Positions 10,381-20,423 of a stretch of DNA of 64,000 nucleotides are shown here, piece by piece. The notes beneath the pieces were generated by a model. That model had not been told where the DNA came from. It made no database searches and saw only the letters and a program-made list of their open reading frames with translations. The stretch covers positions 160,001 through 224,000 of the forward strand of contig CAWGIE010000035.1 in assembly GCA_963822585.1 (NCBI GenBank), written 5' to 3'. The position numbers and the translations under genes were made by a program. Numbering within the stretch: the first letter of the stretch is position 1; the number at the start of each line of letters is the position of its first letter. The DNA comes from an uncultured bacterium (lineage in GTDB: Bacteria > Auribacterota > Erginobacteria > Erginobacterales > Erginobacteraceae).

Positions 10381-11043
10381 TTATCCTTTTTCAGCCTCTT
10401 TAGCATTCATTGCTGATAGAGCTTTAACAGCCGCTAATCGTAGGTCATCGTCTTGAGCATCTAATAATTCAACCAAGGCTGGTATCGCTCTCTCATCTTT
10501 GATCTGACCTATAACATATACTGCTTGTCTTTTTCTTCGCCCTTGTCCGTTCTCAGCTAGATCAATCAACTTTGGTAGGGCAGGAGCTCCAATTTTAGCC
10601 AGTGGACAATACCCGAACTCCAATACCATTAGTTCGGGATTTTCTAGGAGTGGTTCGATAGCCCGCTTATCTCCGATCTATCCTAATGCCCATGCCGAAG
10701 TTGCTTGGACTTGATCATCATCATACTTGAGATTTTGAATGATTATTGGGACGGCCCGCTCTTCCTTGATCTGACCTAAGACCATTATCGTCGCAGCTTT
10801 GATTTCCACATCCTCCTCATCAACGAGTTCCATCAATAGCTGTCGTTCTTCCTCAGTTTGGGGACGGCTCCTTTGAAGTTTGTGGATGTAGGTAAATTTC
10901 TCATCGGCGCTGATATTATCCCTCAACTTTGCAGCGAGTTCTTGTATAGATTCCTTTCCCTGGTTTTGTTGGGCCAGGAAATAACAGCTTAAGATGGCTG
11001 TTATAAATATGATCAAAAAACCTGTTTTAATTAATTTCATCAT
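10381..11043 (-). CDS. Secreted HEAT-repeat protein (interrupted near 10630-10680)
   Basis: Two ORFs with HEAT units (LGQIKEERAVP, IGQIKDERAIPALVELL); stop lies within a TIR fragment. Confidence 0.75.
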
Positions 11044-11142
11044 TTTTCATTGCTCTTAATACTTCTTATTCCTTTCTAATCTTTAGCAGCTGTTAGGATT
11101 TGGGGTGTGACCCGGATTCTCTCCTTTAAGAATATCCCCAAA

Positions 11143-11403
11143 TTACTTCCCCCATCTAAAAATAAGTATTATTCCCGCCAATGATAAGAACGCCATGGCA
11201 ACAACAAAAACAAAAGTAATCAGCGTTACTATAAACGGAGTATCTCTCTGCTGATACAGCTCACCATACTGATAATCTTCGTGTAATGGCATGAGAAGCC
11301 ACCACATAACACCCACAAGAAAAAAACAACATAATCCAGCAAATATCGCTCTACTCCGCTTTTCTTCAAGCCATTGAAGAATCTTATTTATTTTTGTATT
11401 CAT
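11143..11403 (-). CDS. Small two-TM membrane protein
   Basis: Two hydrophobic segments; probable start MNTKINK. Confidence 0.55.
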   Translation of the reverse strand: MNTKINKILQWLEEKRSRAIFAGLCCFFLVGVMWWLLMPLHEDYQYGELYQQRDTPFIVTLITFVFVVAMAFLSLAGIILIFRWGK

Positions 11404-11448
11404 TGAATCAAAATTTAGAATATCCTCAGAAACTACGGGCCCGAGAAA

Positions 11449-11633
11449 ATCAGAGTGAAACATCGACTATTGATAGATAAGGATTATTTAACAGCGAAAA
11501 ACTATCGAAACCGGTCCCGTAATATTTCGAAAAACTCGCCCCACAATACTGCCGCATTCTCGGCCTCAAGCGGATGATTATGAAACAGTATATTCTTCAA
11601 GTTTCTGTCAATAGTCGAGGTTTGACCCTGATC
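11449..11633. repeat. Family A copy
   Basis: Full-length match to the consensus, ending TGTCAATAGTCGAGGTTTGACCCTGATC. Confidence 0.9.
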
Positions 11634-11683
11634 TTTTCTTTAGTATTTTTTGTATGGCTCCGCTTCTTATCAATTTTTCTTGT

Positions 11684-12160
11684 TCAATATTGAATTCCTT
11701 GCTCTTCAAAAAAACCTTCCAGATCTATACATCTTACATTAATAGCTCTGCAAACTGTAGGAATACGAGCTCCATTGGGCTTAAATAGTTCCTGAGTAAC
11801 GACACATTTATTACGTTCTTTAGCTACAGCAATGATAAACGGATCAGCAACTGGCGAAGCTCTGAGAATATTCTTGCGTCGGACTAGGTCTCTAAATGGA
11901 TTTCTTCCCAAGATTTGAGCAACAATGCGACACTCATCAGGCGTGGGAATAACAAAAATATGGCGATTTTGCTTAAACCATCTAGTCACATGGTCAGATG
12001 TACATAGCAGTTCCAATTCATTGCGAGCTTCTCTAACAGATATGATTTCTCCTCTTAATACAAGCTGATCTATGTGGCTCCATATGCTTGGAAATCGTTG
12101 AGGATAATAATGACCAAGAGTTTGGAATACATTTGTATCGAAAACGTACATTATCACCAT
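11684..12160 (-). CDS. DUF4411-family PIN-like protein
   Basis: YVFDTNVF, ADPFIIAVA, VVTQE, RIPTVC; coupled to the upstream XRE-peptidase. Confidence 0.85.
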   Translation of the reverse strand: MVIMYVFDTNVFQTLGHYYPQRFPSIWSHIDQLVLRGEIISVREARNELELLCTSDHVTRWFKQNRHIFVIPTPDECRIVAQILGRNPFRDLVRRKNILRASPVADPFIIAVAKERNKCVVTQELFKPNGARIPTVCRAINVRCIDLEGFFEEQGIQY

Positions 12161-13293
12161 CCCAAGTAAGATTGGAGCCTGGGAATATTTCGAGCTTTTA
12201 TATTGAGATGACTTGCAAGTTCGGACATGGGTAGCTTTCCGCGATGATGGCTTTCAAGTGCCAACTGAGTGAATCCTTCGCCTAGGTAAGAAAGCTTCGT
12301 GAGATACCAATTACCTCCAGTAATATCTTTTTTGTGTCTGAGGTAATCACGATTCCAACGAGAAGCCATGTTTGAGTAAAGGGTAGAATCAATGATGCTT
12401 TCATCTAGTAAGCGCCGTAAGATCACTTCGCGACTGACAGAAAAGCGAGTGGCAATCTTAGATATTATTTCTGGGTCATCAGCAGGAAGTCCTTCAAATT
12501 CCGAGAGAAAAGCTTGACGAGGGACTAATAGATTTGCTGCAAATCTATTACAGGCTATTTCAGCTCTACGGTCTGAGGGAGACAAATGATCAAAATAAGA
12601 TTCATCAATATCAGTTACACCGTGTAGCCCTAACAATATGTGACCCAATTCATGAGCTAATGTAAAAATCTGTCGAGCAAAAGCGTTAGAGTTATTAACC
12701 ATAATTACAGGAAACTCTTTACTAAGAAGGCAGAAACCGGAGATAAATCTATCTTGAAAAGAGTCTTTAAAAGTAAAAATCCCTGATTCCTCAAGTACAT
12801 GCCGCCACGCTTTGAATGCAGTGTCCATACGATTGAAACCAAACTGCATATCGAGCGTGATACCAAGAAAAGAACGGATTTTACTTGCTAGGTTTGGCAA
12901 TGAACTGGGATTAGCGAAGCATCGGTGGTGAATAGGCGTAGATATAGGATTCGCTAAGAGCTCAAATAGTGAATTTTGGTAGCACTGTGCGAGACGAATC
13001 TTATCTCGAGTATCAGCTGAAAGACGTTCAATTTCAAACTCTGGTAAACGTCGAAAGTTAGCAACCGGATCATCAATAGCTGGTGGTTCTGGAAAGAAAA
13101 AAACCGCCAAAGGAATTTTAAGATGACGATAAGCAAGCGCTTCAAGCGTGCTATATGCAGGTGCTTTTTCACCTGCCTCCCATTTTCTAACTTCATCAGG
13201 TTCTCGCTTGACCTTTGCAGCAAACTCTTCTATGGAAAAACCACACCTTTCACGAGCCCAAGTGATAATCCTAGGATTTACAGCATCAATCAT
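12154..13293 (-). CDS. XRE-HTH + ImmA/IrrE zinc metallopeptidase
   Basis: N-terminal HTH (WARERCGFS..WEAG); FTLAHELGH; EIACNRFAANLLVP. Confidence 0.9.
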   Translation of the reverse strand: MIDAVNPRIITWARERCGFSIEEFAAKVKREPDEVRKWEAGEKAPAYSTLEALAYRHLKIPLAVFFFPEPPAIDDPVANFRRLPEFEIERLSADTRDKIRLAQCYQNSLFELLANPISTPIHHRCFANPSSLPNLASKIRSFLGITLDMQFGFNRMDTAFKAWRHVLEESGIFTFKDSFQDRFISGFCLLSKEFPVIMVNNSNAFARQIFTLAHELGHILLGLHGVTDIDESYFDHLSPSDRRAEIACNRFAANLLVPRQAFLSEFEGLPADDPEIISKIATRFSVSREVILRRLLDESIIDSTLYSNMASRWNRDYLRHKKDITGGNWYLTKLSYLGEGFTQLALESHHRGKLPMSELASHLNIKARNIPRLQSYLGW

Positions 13294-13353
13294 AAAATGT
13301 CCCCTATTATGTTAATGCTATTCCGGAACTTTTCTATTGGGTAAAACAAGAAT

Positions 13354-13390
13354 AAATCCCCGAGGGAAGAATCCTTCGGGGATTTTTTTT
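13354..13390. terminator. Terminator-like hairpin (xdh-terminator family)
   Basis: AAATCCCCGAGGGAAGAATCCTTCGGGGATTTTTTTT. Confidence 0.65.
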
Positions 13391-13397
13391 CGTAAAA

Positions 13398-13582
13398 TTC
13401 AGGGTAAAACCTCGGCTATTAATAGATAAGGATTATTTAACGGCGAAATACTATCGGAACCGGTCCCGTAATATTTAGAAAAACTTGCCTCACAATACTG
13501 CCGCATCCCCGGCAGCAAGCGGATGATTATAAGTCAGTAAATTATTCAAATTTCTGTCAGTAGTCGAGGTTTGACCCTGATC
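13398..13582. repeat. Family A copy
   Basis: Full-length match. Confidence 0.9.
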
Positions 13583-13601
13583 CTTTCTGGAGAAAACATA
13601 G

Positions 13602-14642
13602 TCATTTTCCAAAAGCAAATGATTGCATTATCTCAAAAAACAAAGCCTTATTGATATTGAAGCAATCTGAAGCCAGTTCTTTTGTCCTACCAAGCGCTGT
13701 GCAAGTCAGGGTGTAAAGATGATTATTTCTGACCATCTGGACCATATAAAGGATGGCATTGCTTTCTGATAGCCTATACTTCCATATGGGTTTCGGGAGC
13801 CTGTTTGTTATTTGTTCTTTTGTAAGTAAACCGGATGAATCCACATATATTTTTTTCCAAAGAGCCTCTTCACCTCCAATCTGAGTATAGCCGGAGTCTA
13901 ATAGTTCCATAAAGTCAGGCAATTCTGCATCTTTAAAATCTTTTATTGAATATTTCTTATTATTATCCAAGGGTATTACGGTAATATTTACATTTATTAA
14001 TCCAACACCATGTTCACTCCTAATTTTAACAACAGAAAATTTATCGGTGACGTTAGGTACAATGTCCCAATTTGATGGATACTCAATTGAAATATTATAT
14101 TTGGTGGAAGTATATTTATTCTTTAAAAGATTTTCGGAGGCATCTTCAATTCTACGCTCCTTATTTGATCCTCCATGATTATTTTCTATGTTCTTTTCAA
14201 GAATTCGCGACGTTTCATAATGGTTATTAAATTTGGCCATCTGTAATGCAGTCTTTCCGCTATTATCCCGTATATAAATATTTGCCCCATCTTTGATAAG
14301 AGTATTTACAATATTGGAATAACCTTTAAATGAGGCTACCATCAACGCCGTCATGCCATCATTGTCTTGATGGTTAATGTCAGCTCCTCCATCAATCAAG
14401 GTTTTTACGACTTCGGCGTGTCCATTGTAAGATGACCAGGACAGAGCCGTGACCCCTTGATTGTCTGTCGCGTTTATTTCAGCTCCTTCAGCCAGTAATG
14501 TACTAACCTTCTGAATGTCTCCTATTTTAGCCGATTCTATTAATTCCACAGATAAATCGGCTAATCCCGTACCTGCAAAATGGCTCAAACTCTGGAGGCA
14601 ACAAAATAAGAATAGCAAAAAAAAAGATCGTTTCATGATCAA
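13602..14642 (-). CDS. Secreted ankyrin-repeat protein with PsbP-like C-terminal domain
   Basis: GVTALSWS, GMTALMVA and GKTALQMA ankyrin units; YNISIEYPSNW. Confidence 0.8.
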   Translation of the reverse strand: MIMKRSFFLLFLFCCLQSLSHFAGTGLADLSVELIESAKIGDIQKVSTLLAEGAEINATDNQGVTALSWSSYNGHAEVVKTLIDGGADINHQDNDGMTALMVASFKGYSNIVNTLIKDGANIYIRDNSGKTALQMAKFNNHYETSRILEKNIENNHGGSNKERRIEDASENLLKNKYTSTKYNISIEYPSNWDIVPNVTDKFSVVKIRSEHGVGLINVNITVIPLDNNKKYSIKDFKDAELPDFMELLDSGYTQIGGEEALWKKIYVDSSGLLTKEQITNRLPKPIWKYRLSESNAILYMVQMVRNNHLYTLTCTALGRTKELASDCFNINKALFFEIMQSFAFGK

Positions 14643-14735
14643 CCTTAAGATATTGTTGATTCCCGGATACGGAGGGCGAACTATATTGCTCCCTGCTCAG
14701 TTGAACTTATTATTTGGGGTGTGACCCTGAATCTT

Positions 14736-14846
14736 CCTATTCCCTGACTCGCCCCCGTGATGATCACGAGAGGTTTTTTGGTCATCTCTTTTTCTATGAG
14801 CTTGGTTTTCCGCTCAGCTGTCAATAGTCAAGGTTTGACCCTGATC
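14736..14846 (-). repeat. Family B (TIR + SDR 5' fragment), copy 3
   Basis: Same sequence, truncated just after TGASQGIG. Confidence 0.85.
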
Positions 14847-14909
14847 CTTCTTCGATCCGACCTGTAACATATCTTTTCCGTAGATTAACCATTTTTCTGT
14901 TTCTTTTTA

Positions 14910-15743
14910 TTAATCGCAATCGTATGTCATCCCAATCAAGTAGCAAAGAAACGATGAAATTTGTCGCTCATCAGACGTGGCACAAGCACTAAGGCCAACA
15001 AGACTTCCATCGTATACTTCGGAATATTGCTTATGCGCATCTTCCAATAACTTCCGTGATGTGTTTGCAGAATATTCTATCATTTCCCTTGCAGCACAAT
15101 GCACATTGCTAATGCATTCGATATAACATCTTGTTGCAGATTTCAGGTCAACTTTTTCATCTATCTCATAAAGCACTGTTTTCTTGAATTCACCATCTTC
15201 TTCAAGAAGGACCCGCTGTGAACCAAATTCCATGTAGTACTCCAGAAGACCATCAGACTCATGTGAAGTCCACCTTGATCCTTGTTGAGTCCAATGCACT
15301 GGGATCCCTCGATGTTGAACATAGTTTCTAAGAGCTTCCATAAAACGATATTGGAAATGCTCGTCATATTCTTTAGAGAAAAGCCCCTTTATAATATCTT
15401 TGGCGTTTTCGCCACAAGGTAGGCAGCCACAAATATTGTGGGGGAGTTGATCTACATATAATCGTGCTGCTGTTAAAAGATTCACCAGTAGTATATTTAA
15501 ACCAAGGCGAACCTGAAAGAAGTCAGAGTAGTCTATGTGTTCACGAACCATATATGCGGCAGTAACGTCGAGTATCTGCTTTTCGAAATTAACATAGTTC
15601 GAGATGACGATTTCATACTTCTCCTCAATAGCCAAACAATTGGAGAGTATATGCACGGCATTCTTGTATTCTGAATATTGCGTCTCGGTGATGTCGATTT
15701 CTGGGACTCGACCCGATACTAATTTACGAAGTAAATATTTCAT
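14910..15743 (-). CDS. Hypothetical protein with HEPN-like RNxxxH motif
   Basis: MEALRNYVQH in a predicted helical protein; C-terminus possibly frameshifted or truncated. Confidence 0.6.
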   Translation of the reverse strand: MKYLLRKLVSGRVPEIDITETQYSEYKNAVHILSNCLAIEEKYEIVISNYVNFEKQILDVTAAYMVREHIDYSDFFQVRLGLNILLVNLLTAARLYVDQLPHNICGCLPCGENAKDIIKGLFSKEYDEHFQYRFMEALRNYVQHRGIPVHWTQQGSRWTSHESDGLLEYYMEFGSQRVLLEEDGEFKKTVLYEIDEKVDLKSATRCYIECISNVHCAAREMIEYSANTSRKLLEDAHKQYSEVYDGSLVGLSACATSDERQISSFLCYLIGMTYDCD

Positions 15744-15972
15744 GGTTCATAACTCTTCATATTATCAGTAAGAAAAAGCAGCGCAAACGCGGCTATTTCA
15801 GAAATATGGATTCATCTAAGGTCGCCTCATACATAAGAATTTATGTGCGGGACTTTATGATTCAGCCTAGAATAACTAAGCATGGATTACAATTTTTCCG
15901 CGGAAGAAAAAGTTTACCTATATCTCCTTATTAGATCCAGAGACCTTGTAAGTGTTGGGAAGCCATTGGACG

Positions 15973-16491
15973 TTACCTGAGATTTAGCGCCTTAAACTCT
16001 GACTCATTACCATTGGAGGAAGGTTGCTGTTTCTTGGTGATCTCTTCATCAAAAACGCGCTTATATCGTTCTTGCAAATTTGATAGGAAAGTTTTCCAGG
16101 CTTTTTGAAATTCATCTAGTAATAATTTGTTGGCACTACCATCCCATGGTACTGGCGCTGTTTCCCTTGCGTAAGTTAAATGCGCTAACTGCTTATTCAT
16201 TGCTCGCCCCCATCTATTCCATTCATTAAGAACGAAATCCACCTCTGTGTCCTCTTCAAGGAAGTGTGCAGCAACGATGTCATCCTTTATAGGAGATTTT
16301 TGGAAAAAGTCCGCCATCTTCCTGCAGTTCAGAAGAAAGGCGTGTTGAATATGGCTATTTATTGGTGGGCAAACTCCGGCTCGTTGAGCAGGGCCAGATT
16401 GAGTCAATGTACCTGATGACACTAGATTAGCATAGTCGTGGACAACGTGTTTTATAACTTTCAATCGCAACTCTATATTAGGAAACGACAA
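15973..16491 (-). CDS. Hypothetical protein, HEPN-like
   Basis: HAFLLNCRKMADFF and MNKQLAHLT motifs. Confidence 0.55.
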   Translation of the reverse strand: MSFPNIELRLKVIKHVVHDYANLVSSGTLTQSGPAQRAGVCPPINSHIQHAFLLNCRKMADFFQKSPIKDDIVAAHFLEEDTEVDFVLNEWNRWGRAMNKQLAHLTYARETAPVPWDGSANKLLLDEFQKAWKTFLSNLQERYKRVFDEEITKKQQPSSNGNESEFKALNLR

Positions 16492-16533
16492 TTACGCGTA
16501 TCTCTGCTTCCAAAAAACTCATGATCAAAAAAA

Positions 16534-16716
16534 ATCAGGGTCAAACTTTGACTATTGACAGGTAAGGATTATTTAACGGCGTAAAACTATCGGAACCGGT
16601 CCCGTAAATTCCGAAAAACTCGCCTCACAATACTGCCGCATTCTCGGCCTAAAGCGGATGATTATGATACAGTAAATTATTCTTGTTTCTGGCAATAGTC
16701 GAGGTTTGCCCCTGAT
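16534..16716. repeat. Family A copy
   Basis: Full-length match. Confidence 0.9.
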
Positions 16717-17133
16717 TCGTTTAAGCGATCGAACCTGATTATTCTTGAACATTATGTTTATTTTTTTTATTCAAATTGCCAGAACGCACAACAGATTTTC
16801 TAAATACAAATTCAATTCCAACACCAAATATTAATGGTAAAAGTGAATCAAGATAAATGATAGTGCACAAGAACCCCAAAAGAGAATTATAGATATAAAA
16901 TGGCATAAGGTTTGCCCTGATTTTAATATACCAGTTTGAGATGCTCCTAATATGATAGAAATCAAATTTCGTAGGCCAGCCAAAAGACTAACGCGATAAC
17001 TATCCAAAATATCCACAGCATCGTTATCTCCTAAAATTAAAATCAGAGAAGTATATCGGTCGTTTCGTTTTGTATGGGTATCTTCCCGGTTTATCCGGCC
17101 AAAAATCCGGATCTGATCCATCCTTCAGAAAAG

Positions 17134-17315
17134 ATGGGGTCAAACCCTGACTATTAACAGATAAGGATTATTTAACGATGAAAAACTATCGGAACTGATC
17201 AAGTAATATTTCGAAGAGCTCGCCTCACAATACTGCCGCATTCCCGGCCTCAAGCGGATGATTATGATACAGTAAATTATTCTAGTTTCTGGGTAGTCGA
17301 GGTGTTACCCTGGTC
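17134..17315. repeat. Family A copy
   Basis: Full-length match. Confidence 0.9.
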
Positions 17316-17433
17316 CTTTATAATCCCACACTAACAAGCGGAGTAGTGGTTTTCGATTTTTCAAACTGTTCCTTTCTTTCTTTGGTCGATCCATCAAGAG
17401 GAAAGATCTGGCCCCTATCCACTCCTGATCAGA

Positions 17434-18107
17434 TCAGGTCCAATCATTCACATCCGCATAGCAGAATTCATCTGCAGCTTTGTGGACGGACTCAGCCTGT
17501 ATCGGTCCAGTACGAAGCATCTCAACGCGCTCGTCGATTACGCGAACAATCGTAGATCTCTTTGCGAACTGGTATCCCAATGGCTTGCAAACGAGTGCTG
17601 CTATAAGAGTCTGAAAAGGTTTGAATAATCTCGTGCTCTTCATTCAAAGGTGGCTCATCCGCGCAATTTGTGCTGGTAGCGGTGAGGGGAATCTCCATGT
17701 TAAAGCACTTTGTATAATCACAGGCATGTTGGCATTCTTATGCCCAAGTTTCCGGTATTCGCAACAAGTAAGTCAGACACAATATCTTTCTTAGGAGCTA
17801 TTATAGTGAGAGCGCCCGGTAGGAACTTGTCAACCAACCGGTATGCCTTCTGGCTGAAGTGCACAAGCTTGTCTGCCTGTTTAATACTGCCTACGGCCAC
17901 ATGGATAGGATTGGTAAGCGGGCGCTGTTTGGCCTTATATAGTCGACTAATGGCATCGACGTTGAGCGCATTGACCGCCATCATGTACCCTGTATCGGTG
18001 GGCAATACGACACAATGCCCAGAAACAATCAGATCGCAGATCTTATGAACAGCTGTTCCTGCCAGCAATCCGCTTGCAAGTAAGTTAATCGGGGTGGATA
18101 TTCGCAT
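17434..18107 (-). CDS. Sua5/YrdC/TsaC-family protein (frameshifted)
   Basis: VVLPTDTGY, LYKAKQRPLTNPI, FLPGALTII, GIRMP; other frames continue PLTATSTN and STIVRV..LRTGPI. Confidence 0.85.
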
Positions 18108-18109
18108 TT

Positions 18110-19780
18110 TGCTTACTCCTTTTTGCTTTCCTTGGTGTTGAAATTCAACTTCGCCGCAATTGCACAGTTCGCTTGGATATCCGAGATATAAAGCGAATAT
18201 ATCAAGGCCCGGCCAATGACAGAAAGATCCCTTGCGCCAAGATCCTCACGACTCAAGACGAAATCACAAGATCTTGGTGGAAATTCTCTAGTTTATACTG
18301 TACATTGCTCATCAGCGACTCATTGAGGAGATGTCCCTGGGTGATCATTACCTGATGGATATTCATAATAGAAAAAGAAGTCTCGAGGAATCTTCGATCT
18401 CCAGATTGGACAGAATTTGAATAAATACCTCTTGCCAAGTGTCAGGTAGTGTATATCCTAGTGGTTTGGCAAGTGCATAGCTCCATAGAGTGAGCTGCTT
18501 ATTTATGCCCCGATTTTGAGACGGGATTAATCCGTTCGAATTCGATAATACGCACATAATAAATTCCCGGATCCCGGTTAATAGGTAAGTGCAATCTTCT
18601 TTTCGCATTGTGCGAGTATCAAGATGTAGCAGTACATCAGCAATATGAAGAGCATGGGAATATGTCCCATATTTGTGACGCTTCAGCCAGTTAGGGTCCT
18701 TAGAAGTGGAATCCTCTTGGGCGAACAGGAAACTAATCGCCGAATCAGGGTATCCTTGTGATGAAAACTGGGATTTTCTCAGTAAGTCGAGAAAAGCGAC
18801 AGTGTTGATCTCGGATATTCGATGAGTCATAATGTCAAAGAACCATTTGGCGCGAGTGTCTATAGACATCTCCTTGACAGAATCCAAAAACTTAAGTGGA
18901 GTAGTGACAATAGGATGTAACACAGGCACGCCGAGTTGTAGTAGAAAATAAAGAACTGATGTTGTTGCATAGAGTTTATCGAATTGATTTGGACTGGATT
19001 GCCAAACTCCTTCTGGAGTGAGAAAATCCCTTATCCGCTCAAGAATGGCGGTCAGAGCATCGGCACGGAGGATTTCTTGGGTAATAATACTGGTAGGAAT
19101 GTTCTGAATCCGCTTTACCAAATGACGATAGTTAAATAAATGAGAGCATTCAGAATAGACTGATGAATCATCCCAAAAATGAATGTGTGTCATCCAGGAT
19201 GGTAATACTCGAAGATGCGCCGGAAGTGGTCGATCATGACCCAAGGCGGAAGAATTATCTGCAACATATTGCTGTAGCAGCTCTTCCATATGGTGCTTGA
19301 ACTCACTCAAAAACTCCTCTGGAGATGCATAAGTCCAGGAGAACGCACAGTCTTTAATTTCTCTTTTAAAGGCGAGAAGTTTTTTGTACTGAGGTAAATC
19401 ATTTTCTCCCGGTAGAGGGCCCAAGTCCGGAAGTAGAACATCAACCTAGGACTTCCTGTTTCGTTCCACTTCTTGAACGCCTGCCGCACTTCCTCTTCGG
19501 AACCAGAATCCGCAACCCCTGTGGGTGTTCCAAACCTCTTCCAAAAAATCGCAACAAATACATCGATATCATCGCCAATGGAATCAAATACAATCTGCTG
19601 TGGACGGCCTGCAGCGGGAATAACACAGGTCTCCCACTTAACGACTTCAATCAGGATGTCACGGTGTCTACCAATACCCCTATTGAGGTCTTTGCAGACA
19701 CGGTCAACGATGTCCCTTTCCTCAGAAACGTCGGAGGGTGAAGCAACAAAAATCCTGATTTTACAGATCTTTTTTGGCAT
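18110..19780 (-). CDS. DUF4062-like N-terminal domain fused to a long helical domain (frameshifted)
   Basis: RIFVASPSDVSEER..WKRFGTPTGVADSGSEEE; continues through ORFs 18363..19424 and 18253..18438. Confidence 0.75.
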
Positions 19781-19810
19781 TTAATGGACCCTGATCAATC
19801 CACACGTCTT

Positions 19811-20312
19811 TTAGCACTGACGGTTATTTTTAAACCTATCTCTTGGATTCTCAATTAGATTCGCCTTATCAAATTGAGCTTCCCATGCCTCATCGATAAT
19901 ATTTGAAAGTACCGAAGTACTAGATGGATACTTGTAAAACTTGGAGTATCCCGACTCAACATTTAAGTTCACTCGATTTGGCAGTGTCTTATAAGATTCC
20001 CCGAGCTGGATAGCTACAAGCCCATTCGGATGCCCCATCCTTCGGTCGCTGAAGAGAGGATTGGACTTCCCAATCCACAAACCTTCTTGCCCAAGTGCAC
20101 CGCCCGATTAAAACTACAGTAACCGTAGAATCTTGCAGGTAAAGTTCCCGTATCCGACGCATCACATAATCGGTATCATCTGAATCAATTATGTCATCTT
20201 CCATCGCGATCCCGCGGCGAATAAAGCTTCCTTCAAATTGATCACAGAACTCGTCCACGGCGGTTTGATCGTCTTTGTGGTACGAAATGAAACACTTGTG
20301 TCGAACTGCCAT
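19811..20312 (-). CDS. ThsB-like TIR-domain protein (frameshifted)
   Basis: KCFISYH..DSTVTVVLIG..RRFVDWEV with catalytic Glu; continues GHPNGLVAI..LPNR in a second frame. Confidence 0.9.
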
Positions 20313-20329
20313 TGTATCCTCCTTGTGAT

Positions 20330-20408
20330 CTCTAACGCTTAACTGAGAGATTTATTTGCCCCTTGCTAAGAGAAAGGTATACAAATTTGCCACAGCTGAT
20401 TGTTAGAA
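20330..20408 (-). other. Possible attC-like site
   Basis: Minus strand TTCTAAC...imperfect stem...GTTAGAG between the SLATT stop and the TIR RBS. Confidence 0.35.
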
Positions 20409-20423
20409 GTTTGTGTTTTCTGT

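Noticed and set aside
11449..11633. sigma70 promoter from TTGACA in the TIR
   Set aside because: No good -10 hexamer at 16-18 nt on either strand
16831..17121. 96-aa ORF between two elements
   Set aside because: No RBS or recognisable motif; probably a gene fragment
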